DNA of 57,353 nt, counting the filler, from Catajapyx aquilonaris (lineage: Eukaryota): NCBI GenBank assembly GCA_000934665.2. It is 4 parts of 4 records of this genome, joined end to end, with 100 filler letters (N's around TTAATTAATTAA, not from the genome) between each part and the next. Parts side by side here need not be neighbours in the genome. Positions count along the whole stretch, not along the records: positions 1 to 14,249 come from JYFJ02007839.1; positions 14,350 to 28,604 come from JYFJ02007840.1; 2 more parts are not named here. One strand, given 5' to 3'. Below the pieces are notes generated by a model, which saw nothing but the letters and a program-made list of their open reading frames with translations, had not been told where the DNA came from and searched no databases. Made by a program: the position numbers and the translations under genes. Below, in pieces: positions 12,501 to 21,569 of this stretch; the first letter of the stretch is position 1, and each line of letters starts with the position of its first letter.

Positions 12501-13577
12501 CATTATTATTGAATGAAATTCTTCAGATAACAACTAAACAATGACCTCCATGGAAAACACAATAATAATGGGATGTTCATGGGCCTGTAGTGCCATTGGG
12601 ATGGGTTTCCAACGATGGGGCCCTCTCGAATCGTTTCATTAGGCATCCCTTACATACCCTACAAGTCTGTACCGAATTACAATATACACCCTGTATGGGC
12701 CGGTTTCACCAAGCCCAGTTTTGATATTTAAAAAACGGTTCTTTTGGAAAATCCCTGCAAATAGAATAGGGATTTTCCAAAAGAACCGGGTTTTTAAAAT
12801 CAAAACTGGGCTTGGTAGAACCAGCCCTATATAGGACACCTGTACAATTGTTAGATTTTTAGTTATTGTGTTAATTTTTCATTTGCTCATAAAAAGAACA
12901 TTTAAAAAATTAAACAAAAAATAATTCAGGCACAAATGGGTTATTAAATGCTGCCAAGTGACCATATTTAAAACAGGGAATTAAAAATTGGAATACAACT
13001 AAGGTACAGAGCCCAGGTTTTCTAGTAGCTTGGGACATCCCAAATCAATTTTGTGGATTTGGATGCACCCTAATCCATGAAACATGACTGATGTGGCAAT
13101 TTGGTGTTTTATGTGGTTCCCAAAGTGTTTCTGCACCATACAAGATAAATCCCATCCAACTTACTCAATTGCAAGTGTCTGAAAATAATCACAATAACTG
13201 AGATGAAATAATCAAATTTCTTTTCTGGTAACCCTTCACTTAATAGGGGTCTGGCCTTACATGGGCTCTGTATCTTATTAATTATGCAAAAAATGGTTTG
13301 GCAAACATTCCTGTTTTTCTATGTCTGGGACGGCAGTTTTTAATCATTTTGAGAGCATACATAACAACAGCCTACTTAAAAACACTTACACTTTTCTTTG
13401 GACCTTTGCTTGTCCTTCTCTTCTGAGCCTCCTGCCTTGATAAACTTGTCCTTATCTTTCTCCTTGGAGCTATGCTTGTCCGATTTGTCCTTTTCTTTGT
13501 CACGATGATGGCTGCTGCTGCTGGATCTATGCTTGTCCCGCTCTTTGTCTTTGGATGAACTGTGTTCTTTTGAATGA
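567..13577 (-). CDS. TOP1: DNA topoisomerase I (type IB), 13 exons visible, 5' end (start exon) missing
   Basis: GT-AG exons join in frame: 13390-13577, 12045-12073, 11361-11624, 8247-8369, 8057-8184, 4410-4525, 4084-4328, 3446-4025, 2244-2392, 2048-2185, 1789-1988, 1566-1715, 567-669 (about 803 aa). Hallmark motifs: [78 protein letters not shown], catalytic [17 protein letters not shown]-terminal [19 protein letters not shown]. The N-terminus is K/E/S/H-rich. Confidence 0.97.
775..1215. mobile_element. Tc1/mariner-type MITE (C[A/G]GGGTG ends)
   Basis: Imperfect TIRs of about 115 bp (cggggtgaagggaaactcgcgga ... tccgcgagtttcccttcaccctg), TA on both sides; lies in the last TOP1 intron. Confidence 0.85.
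2457..2657. mobile_element. Small MITE
   Basis: Perfect 17-bp TIR cttactggcgtgcggga / tcccgcacgccagtaag plus internal ggggcagc/gctgcccc pairing. Confidence 0.6.
2693..3080. mobile_element. Tc1/mariner-type MITE
   Basis: TIR of about 30 bp, cagtcccgctcataaagaatggtacgactc / gagtcgtaccattctttatgagcggtacag, with TA flanks. Confidence 0.8.
5730..6186. mobile_element. Degenerate MITE, possibly PIF/Harbinger-like
   Basis: TIR ggcccattcccaca / tgtgggaatgagcc. Confidence 0.5.
6358..6565. mobile_element. Degenerate MITE
   Basis: Diverged inverted ends of about 40 bp (taagagtgaacaaggaccattttcagggtgaaaaaacc / ggttttttcttcccagatatggtctgagtttactccta). Confidence 0.45.
7649..7762. mobile_element. Small Tc1-like MITE
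   Basis: TIR cactactgggaaaaactgcctcg / caaggcagtttttcccaccactg with TA flanks. Confidence 0.65.
9767..10323. mobile_element. Tc1/mariner/pogo-type MITE (CCGTA ends)
   Basis: TIR ccgtatcacctctcatattgcggcatg / catgccacaatatgagaggtaatatgg, internal subrepeats (ataccggcatgc, gaggtcgaccag), TA flanks. Confidence 0.75.
10541..10702. mobile_element. Tc1-like palindromic MITE
   Basis: Arms of about 58 bp (cattgttggacattaattgaggcatg...gcagaaga / tcttctgc...catgcctcgattaatgtctaacactg) with TA flanks. Confidence 0.8.
11457..11576 (-). repeat. Coding minisatellite, 4 x 30 nt, in the TOP1 N-terminal domain
   Basis: Encodes [40 protein letters not shown]; the two central units are nearly identical in DNA. 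Confidence 0.9.
12152..12277. mobile_element. Small palindromic MITE
   Basis: Arms of about 40 bp: aggtaattgaattgcattgttggttgccagttgtaccaact / agttggcacaactggaaatcaacaatacaatccaattacct. Confidence 0.6.
12344..12693. mobile_element. Tc1/mariner MITE (CAGGGTG ends), decayed
   Basis: TA|cagggtgtatatt ... aatatacaccctg|TA with long diverged arms; same terminal type as 775-1215 and 18696-19198. Confidence 0.75.
12697..12827. mobile_element. PIF/Harbinger-like hairpin MITE
   Basis: Near-perfect arms of about 60 bp (gggccggtttcaccaagcccagttttgat... / ...atcaaaactgggcttggtagaaccagccc) with a 3-bp TAT duplication on both sides. Confidence 0.75.
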
Positions 13578-14249
13578 CTGAAAATGAAAAGCTTGTGCTT
13601 TAACACTATTACTGATGAAAAATGCATAACTAAGGTCAAAATTTACAGCTCGGGATGATCTATAACGTTATGGCAGTTTTGAACCCATTGAAAAATAACT
13701 TTGTATTGTTTAATTTGTTGAACTTAACCCCTTCGCTACCAGATAGATCCACACAGCCGAACCACACAGATTTCGGCTTACACGTACTCCGAAGATTCGG
13801 ACACGATATTTTACAAATAATAACAGCTATACTTACCCGATCTGGGAAAACACTATGAATGTGTCTGGAACAATTTTACACGTCTAGAAGTACCAAAATT
13901 AATTTCCAAAAAAAGGCTATAAAAACTGGAAATTGGAGTACTGCCGACCAACTGTTAGGCTGATTTAATTCTGAAATGCGTCAAAATATGCTGAATTACA
14001 ACCTTGAGAACCATGCCAGATGAATTTGCTGAAATCGTCGTACTTTGCGAGAAATAAATTAATACTTATTTGCGGCTACCTGGCACTTCGGCAACTCCAA
14101 TTTGGGAGTTTTCGTAAGTGTAAAAAGCCACAAATAAGTAGGGTGAAGTGGGGGAAGTGCACACCCGGGGTAAGTGCACATATTGTGCCGCCATATTGGA
14201 ATGAGAATGGCTGACGACACCAAAACGCGTCAGCTATGTAGCTGCACTG

Positions 14250-14349
14250 NNNNNNNNNNNNNNNNNNNNNNNNNNNNNNNNNNNNNNNNNNNNTTAATTA
14301 ATTAANNNNNNNNNNNNNNNNNNNNNNNNNNNNNNNNNNNNNNNNNNNN
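14250..14349. other. Artificial spacer (N44-TTAATTAATTAA-N44)
   Basis: 100 nt; the core places stop codons in all six frames; identical to the spacers at 28605 and 42951. Confidence 0.97.
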
Positions 14350-14439
14350 CAACGGCGTAAGTCCGACGTCTCTCCGACCTCGGGAAGTGGGAGATCTTTT
14401 CCATCCTATATCCTCCTCGGATTGGGGCTTTATATATAT

Positions 14440-14789
14440 TAGAAGAGGCGCAAACATTCGATTTTTGCGTCTCTCTGTCTGGGGCGTTGCCAAGGCTGGC
14501 GGCCATTTTGAAGTGTAGGGAACGCCAACGAGGTATAAATAGGGTACAGGCAAAAAAAAGGGTCTGCCATCTTTGATTCGCGCGTGCTCTTGCCTTTCTT
14601 GCCATGTCGTTGCCATAGCCGCCACAATCATCAAAGATATGGCGGACCCTATTTTCGCCTTTACCCTATTTATACCTCGTTGGCGTTCCACACACTTCAA
14701 AATGGCCGCCAGCCTTGGCAACGCCCCCAAACAGAGAGACGCGAACATCAAAGGCGCCGACAGAAGTTTGCGCCTCTTATGTAGTATAT
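14440..14789. mobile_element. Palindromic MITE family A, copy 1
   Basis: Long inverted arms (gaggcgcaaac...gttgccaaggctggcggccattttgaagtgt...ggtataaatagggta); a second copy lies at 19471-19825 in the opposite orientation. Confidence 0.85.
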
Positions 14790-15495
14790 TCTACCTGACC
14801 AAACTGTGACCTGTTTGGCATGTGCTTTACTTTAATGTTAGTACTAATCAGAGTTCGTGAAGTGTGCCCAACAGTCACATTTGTCATGGAGGGAACTTGT
14901 GAGATCAGTGGAATACCATGTTGACATGACCGAAAGTGTTGTTCTCAGGTAGAGCAATTTGATATTTTAATATTATGACATGTTCATGAAAATGTTAAAG
15001 GTCTAGCAACATATTGCCCATCACCTGCATTTATTTGGCACCCATCACTAATTCACATGGAAATACACGTGTATTTGAAAATTAGATCAATTAATTTCTG
15101 TTCAGGGGAGCCTTTTTTGTTTATTCATAAAATATGCATGAATCCAACAATTCCTTCCCTTTTTTCGTCAGACATTTTGAGCCGATAAATTCACAATTAA
15201 GTAACAGCTTTCATACAACCGTAACAAGACAAGAGACAGAAAATACCACTTTCATACTATGAAAAAAAAGTATATTTATACAATAAGCTTTTGCAACAAA
15301 AACAGTTGTAAACTTTACAAAATGCCAACCGTACGATCTTACATCGCTACATTTGGTTGGTAAACCACATAAATGCTGATCGGTTGCGCAACACTAATTG
15401 AGTACAATATTGTCGCATTACCGTACATGATTTCAGATTACAAGATTGTCGCTTAATTAATATCCATTGGTGCAACATGTCCTTATTGTACAGTA

Positions 15496-15634
15496 CAGTC
15501 ACTTCCAGGAGTAAGGTAGCAGACCTGAAGCTCAAAATAGTCTCCAAGAGAGGCGCTCCTACCTCTTCCTGACAATAGTCTCAAGGAGGCTATTTTGAGC
15601 CTCAGGTCTGCTACTTTACTCCTGGAAGTGACTG
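15496..15634. mobile_element. Tc1/mariner-type MITE family B, copy 1, in the 3' region of F-box gene A
   Basis: TIR of about 50 bp, cagtcacttccaggagtaaggtagcagacctgaagctcaaaatag, and its reverse complement; preceded by TA. Confidence 0.85.
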
Positions 15635-15650
15635 TGCATGATAAAGCTGA

Positions 15651-17296
15651 TTACACCCGTGCTGGTATATGTTGCTTTGTGTAGTACCGCTGATGAGTCC
15701 CCACATAAACAACCTCCAGGTCATCCTTGGTCGCAGCAAGATTCTTCAACTCGGATTCAGTCAAGTTCAGACTCTCACTTCTCGAGTGGAACTTGACGTG
15801 TTTCAGACTCCTGCACCCTTTGGCAACATCCATCAGCCCTCTGAAGCTTGCACAAGTCTGGATCAGGATGAGCTTGACCAATGAAGGGCAGTTTTGGGAC
15901 ACGAGGAAAAGATGGTGATCGTCCAGTGCGGACGATCCTTGGACAGTGAGCACCTCCAGGTGCGGGAACCTTTGCTTTTGGAACAGGGAGGTCAGTGCTG
16001 TGTGACTTGGAATGTTCTTTTCGAGGGTATGGAGGAGGAGGTGCAGCTCCCGAAGGTTCTTCTGCTTATGGACCCCGACTCGCAAGAAAGTGTCGTACAT
16101 CGGGTTCACAAAGCAGGTGTAGAGAAACTCCAGTCTCTGCTTGGACAAGACCTCCATTGTCGATTCTTCCCACACTTGGCCAAGCACGTATAGTTGACGG
16201 AGTTGACCGTTGGAGCCGGCCATCAGCGCCTTCAGCTCTTCGTCGCAGTTTTGAGGACGATACACCAACGCCTGGGTGAGGCTGGGAAACCTCGGGGTGA
16301 AGAGAAGCGGAGTGAGCAAGTTATAGGCCTTCAGGCTGAAAGAACGAAGCTGCTGGCATCCAGAGAATATTTCTACTGGGTTCCTGATGGTCTTGCTATG
16401 GGCACACCACAGGTTGAGGTTGACGGTGACCTCGCGCAGGTTGGTGCATCTTCTGGCTACTCTCTTCAATGCTATTACGTCCAAGGTCTTTATCCCCAGC
16501 ACCTCCAGTACTTCCAGTCCACTCCAGCAATGAGCGACTGCCTCCAGGACAAGGGGGTGTTCTGTGAAAAAGTATTGCAGACACAGCTTATTGGGTTGTG
16601 GAGCCATCCTGACCACTTCTGCTGCTTCTTCATCCGTCATCTTCTGACCGTCCAGCACCACATTCCTCCAGAGGCTGTGGTCCAGGACCAGCCTGCTCCA
16701 TTCCAGGCAGACTCGACTAGACCGCAGCTTGTCTTGTGGCTCCAGATACGAAAAGATGAGGAGCTTGAGCTCATCAGGTAAGCAAGGGAACGACCTAGTT
16801 GCAATCTGAAAGGAACCAGGGACTGGATCAGCACCTGGACCAGATATGGACCCATCTGGAAAGTTGTTGTAATCGGAGAAGGAAATATGTTCGCAGCCAC
16901 TACGGTATAAGACCTGAAGCTCCTACCGCTTCCTGACAAGTCTCTCTTGGAGGTTATTTTGAGCTTCAGGTCTGCTATCTTACTCCTGGAAGTGGCTGTA
17001 CTCCTATTTACACTACACTATACTATACCTATACTTGGAGTACAGTCACTCCCAGGAGTAAGGTAGCAGACCTGAAGCTCAAAATAGCCTCCAAGAGAGT
17101 ACCTTGTGTATTATTCGTTGCAAAAGTGGCGATTTGGCTATAACAGACTTTTCCGCGGTCCCTTGAAGTCGGTTATATCCACGGAGTCAACTGTACATTT
17201 ATAACCCGACATTATTATTAACATTTACACATTGCGTATAGAAACTATTGGCAGCTACAGATATCAAAGCCTCACAATAATCCTCACCTGCTGCAT
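15651..17296 (-). CDS. F-box/LRR protein (FBXL-like) A, about 387 aa, 2 coding exons
   Basis: Exons 17288-17296 (ATG CAG CAG|gtgagg) and 15651-16805 (tttcag| acceptor, phase 0). F-box LPDELKLLIFSYLEPQDKLRSSRVCLEWSRLVLDHSLWRNV lies upstream of the ORF-track start. Cys-containing LRRs follow (VARRCTNLREV, VSQNCPSLVKL, VAKGCRSLKHV). The first exon is less certain. Confidence 0.88.
16894..17099. mobile_element. MITE family B, copies 2 (16894-16998) and 3 (17043-17099, half element), in the intron of F-box gene A
   Basis: Same TIR sequence as 15496-15634; copy 2 ends ...cctggaagtggctg|TA and copy 3 starts TA|cagtcactcccaggagtaagg. Confidence 0.85.
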
Positions 17297-17668
17297 ATCT
17301 TGCTTTTGAATCTTGAACAGTCACACGCACAGGTCTGGTGTCTTAATCTGAATGGCAGCTCCAACAATGCCTGAATCAGTTGGAAGTATCGATGCCAACA
17401 CGACCCAACACTACTTCATTCTTGCCTTGCCCGGTAACTGAACCAACTGAACACCAATGAAAAGGAACCAGAGAGAAGGTTTGGGGAGGGTGAGATGCAA
17501 TACAAGGAGCTTATATTATACAGGATAGGTGTGGACCTCTGGTTTCCCCGAGTGACAGTTGTACTGGATCCGGCTAGACTTGCTAGACAGCTAGAGGATC
17601 TGGCTGCTGCCAGATTGTCTGAGGAAAGGAAAAGGATTCCCAAAATTATGAGTAGAAAATATGTGAAT

Positions 17669-18143
17669 AATAGGCGTATTCGGCAATTCAGAAATCTGAC
17701 TTCCTGGGCTGTTTTGATGTTCGGCAAATCAGGTGCCACGCCCCCTGAAGTAAGTGCGCATGCGCCCTAGCTACCTGACTTCCCAAGCTCAGGAACTTAG
17801 TGTACTCCTGACCTGACTTACTTGCTGAGAAACAATTAACAAACAAATTATTGTTATGGATGCAGCAGTGTTGCCAATGCAAAATGCCCCAAAACCCCGC
17901 CAGAGGACCTGAAAATACCCGATTTTTACCCGCATTTTCATTTTGCCCGCACCATTACTCGCAAGCGTCCGAAATACGGCACCGAAATACCCGAACATTG
18001 GCATATCACTGGGATGCAGCACAGGCGGGTAGGGGGGTCTCTCAGTTCGGCCGTTCGGCAATAATCTTCTGAGGGGCAGGGCTGACAACTCAGATATCAC
18101 GTGACGCATCTCAGAATAATCTGAATTGCCGAATACGCCTATT
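17669..18143. mobile_element. TIR element (MITE) with a nested hAT MITE
   Basis: Perfect 24-bp TIR aataggcgtattcggcaattcaga / tctgaattgccgaatacgcctatt. Confidence 0.75.
17866..18011. mobile_element. hAT-type MITE
   Basis: Ends cagtgttgccaatg / cattggcatatcactg, flanked by a perfect 8-bp TSD ggatgcag (17858-17865 and 18012-18019). Confidence 0.85.
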
Positions 18144-18189
18144 GACGAACGACCAATTCCGATTCCATATGAGATTGAATCCGTTTTAG

Positions 18190-18385
18190 ACTTTTTCTCA
18201 TACATAAAAAAGCCTTACAGAACGGCTATGTCCGTTCGTCCGTCTGTCTGTGGACAGGTATCAGGGCCTAAACCGCAAGAGATAGCGTCAAACAGTTTTC
18301 GGATTCGGATTCATTGGACCCTATTAATAAATATAGGTTTCATGGTCATCTTCCGGTGACCGGCCACTTCCGGTTTTCCGGATTC
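18190..18385 (+). repeat. Interspersed repeat with a GTCY microsatellite (DINE/Helentron-associated type)
   Basis: gtccgttcgtccgtctgtctgtggacaggtatca...aaaccg.aagagata...cttccggtga; homologous copies sit in both arms of 23989-24744. Confidence 0.6.
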
Positions 18386-18389
18386 ACTA

Positions 18390-18686
18390 TCTCTATCTCT
18401 ATAAATAAGGAAGTTTGTCAGTTTGGATGTTTGTCCCTTATAGAAATCCGGGGGAAGGCCCCTACACCGCCTTAAATTAGCATATCGGGAGTTACATTTT
18501 TCAAGGAATTTAATGCCGCATGTTTCAGCTTCCGAAAATGTACCTAACACCCATAACACGCATATTCCCAATTAACCAATTGCAATTACCTATTTAACAA
18601 TATTCATAGATTTCCATGGTAATGCCCTCATTACATTGTAGGCCTACCACCATAACATACCCGGGCAACGCCGGGTAACCTGCTAG
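18390..18686 (+). mobile_element. Non-autonomous Helitron
   Basis: 5' A|TC start (tctctatctctataaataaggaagtttgtcagtttg), 3' hairpin cccgggcaacgccggg followed by CTAG|T, no TSD. A similar 5' end occurs at about 57056. Confidence 0.85.
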
Positions 18687-18695
18687 TAGTGTATA

Positions 18696-19198
18696 CAGGG
18701 TGTTTACGACCTAACTTTACAAACTTCTAGGAATGATAGAGGGGACCAAGACAAACATTTTTGACATAGGAACCCGTGTCCGGAAACGCCATCTAGAAGG
18801 GGTTCATAGACAAGGAACGGGTGCGCTCAGACGCGTCACGCGTGAGGCGCTAGGCGAGCGGACTGTTTTGTTGACAGATGGCGCTCGGATAGTCAACAGC
18901 GGTTCTGTTGCTGCCAGGTTATGGTGTATCGTGTTGTTGTTTACCATGGTGGAAGGAAAAGTTGTTTACTTACAACGACGCGATACGCCATAACCTGGCA
19001 ACAACTGCGCGCCATCTATCAACAAAACAGTCCGCTCGACTTGCGCCTCTCGCGTGACGCGTCTGAGCGCACCCGTTCCTCGTCTATGAACCCCCTCTAG
19101 ATGGCGTTTCCGGACACGGTTTCCTATGTAAAAAAATGTTTGTCTTGGTCCCCTCTATTACCCCTAGAAGTTTGTAAAGTTAGGTCGTAAACACCCTG
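18696..19198. mobile_element. Tc1/mariner MITE (CAGGGTG ends), near-complete palindrome, young
   Basis: TA|cagggtgtttacgacctaactttacaaacttctagg ... cctagaagtttgtaaagttaggtcgtaaacaccctg|TA; arms over 200 bp with CpGs retained. Confidence 0.9.
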
Positions 19199-19470
19199 TA
19201 TATCAGCTAAGGTCGAGTCTACACCGTATAAATTAATTTTCTTGGGTTGATTGCCAAAGGGAAATGAAACTGACGACGTATTATGTCATTGTTGTTCATT
19301 TAGAATCGTATCGCATCCTATTCAACAAAGTTTTCATTCTAATAATATTTCTGTTTCCCAATGAGAAAACGTCTACTCGAATCACGCGCGCTTGAATTGC
19401 CGATCATGTTTAATGCACGGTAGAATATGTTAAAACAGGGCTTCATCAAGTTTCATCCGAATCAGGGAGC

Positions 19471-19825
19471 ATATACTACATAAGAGGCGCAAACTTATGT
19501 CGGCACCTTTGATGTTCGCGTCTCTCTGTTTGGGGCCGTTGCCAAGGCTGGCGGCCATTTTGAAGTGTGGGGAACGCCAACGAGGTATAAATAGGGTACA
19601 GGCTAAAATAGCGTCCGCCTTCTTTGATGGTTATTTTGGCGGCCATGGCAACTACATGGCAAGAACACGCTCGAATCAAAAATGTCGGACCCTATTTTTG
19701 CCTGTACCCTATTTATACCTCGTTGGCGTTCCCCACACTTCAAGATGGCCGCCAGCCTTGGCAACGCCCCAAACAGAGAGACGCGGAAATCGAATGTTTG
19801 CGCCTCGTATGTACAAGTAGTATAT
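19471..19825. mobile_element. Palindromic MITE family A, copy 2
   Basis: Ends atatactac...gtagtatat; homologous to 14440-14789 and inverted relative to it. Confidence 0.85.
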
Positions 19826-21569
19826 GCATGCTCACTGTCCGAATATTCGCAACGCGTATCGTATTTGCAATGTACATCATTATTTTTTTCGCGGCAATTA
19901 AAATATTATTTACCCGTAAAATAAGCAACACAGAAGTGATGCCTTTTTTTTTTGCAAGTCGGGATTACTGCCAGAATTATCTGGCACTATTCGTCTGCGG
20001 CAATAATTGCGACTACAATATTTAATAGAGATAAAGATGATTAAAAATATGCATCGTCACCAAGATGGTCATGTGTCACCACGACTCCAGCTGAATGTCC
20101 AGCTGCTCGTATGAAAGAAACTATATTCAGTAAAATAAAATATGTGGCATCATACGTATTACGTATTGGGAAAACATTATTTCACATCATAAATAATAAT
20201 TAACGTCGAGCTGAATCACGTACATTGCAAGTACATAATACGATCAGCTTCCGTTTGAAATATTATTAAATAGATATTAAATAAAAAATATGTCCTTGAA
20301 ATATTTTTAAAAAAATTCGAATATCGTAGGCTATAATTTAACATTCATTGTGAATTCCCTTTGTTATTATGCGACATTTTCAGCCACGGCTTCAAATTAT
20401 TCAGCGTCTTATTCACTGTCTCCCAAGGGCGTCGGGTCAAAAAAGGTGACGCGTCGCCTGAATGACCCGTCTGTCTGGTAGGTCATACCCCGCCTGTCCG
20501 ACGCCTCATTAGTAATGCTTTCTTCATGTATGATTCACAACCAGGGCTGTGATTGGACAGAAACACTCAACAAGGGTTCAGTTCTGGGCACTTTTGAAGT
20601 GACTTTGCGACAAATCATTCTGACGGCTCTTGGCTTACTTGAAAGGTGTGCTTCTCCAGCAGATCAGCAAGTCTTGACCTGTCTGTTGTGGCCTGCGCTA
20701 GTGGAAGATAGATCGACTCAAGGTACAGTATACATCATCACGTACGCCCTGATTTCTTTTTAAAAGGCTGCAATATATATTGCTTCACAATAATTATTGC
20801 AGTTGACCCTCTTTATACATTACAAATGGTAAATGGTAATTATTAACATCCAGGTAAATTAGAGCATCCAGCCTTTAATTGTTATAGTCACATTAATGTT
20901 GCTGTTGTTGACCCTCATTGGGACGTAAGTGCTATACTCTAGAGATGAAGAGACACACTGACTTTTTTAAAGTTTGGTCGGACGTCACTGTTTCTCATCA
21001 AGACCTGTCACTTACAGCATATTACGAGTGCGCTTTTGGCGAGATGTCCGGCGTAAGTCCGAACTTTTCTTTTTAAAAAAATCGGAGAATACATGCCAAG
21101 AGTTTTCCGAGGTGCCACAAATTCATAAGAAACTCATATTTGTGTGGCCTCCTTTTCGTCCCCCTTTTCCCAGAAGTTCACAGGGTTATCTGATGGGGTT
21201 TTAACCTTCGTAAATTCCAGACGCGACCAGTTTTTGGGGATTAGCCGTGATTAGCGCCCCCCCCCCCCCCCTGGATGCAACTACAGGGTCGGCATTTTGT
21301 ATGAAAATAAATGTTCCCTGAGGCATATGCGAGTAATTCTAACCTTCTCGGATGTAATTTTTATTCNGCGGGTTTTTATATGGAACCTTTTTCAATCCCC
21401 CCCCCCCCCCCCAATGAATCTGGCACGTAATTTTTGGGGGTGTTTAATCTTCAAATGAATGAAAATATTGCAAACGGGTGCTTGGACTTGATGTGACATG
21501 TTATTCAATTATTTGCTAATTTATTTCAGATTTTTCTCAGAGGATAATTATTCAACTCTGCTAGCAGCT

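Noticed and set aside
14294..14305. TTAATTAATTAA as a biological repeat or piggyBac target site
   Set aside because: It is embedded in N runs and identical three times: a synthetic six-frame stop linker.
14294..14809. Repeated ORFs (FKMAASLGNAP, TLFIPRWRS) on both strands here and at 19476-20025
   Set aside because: Translation artefacts of a palindromic MITE present in two copies; some also run into the N spacer.
16194..16781. 195-aa plus-strand ORF and other shadow ORFs opposite TOP1, F-box, GR, IR and RhoGAP exons
   Set aside because: Antisense shadows of real coding exons.
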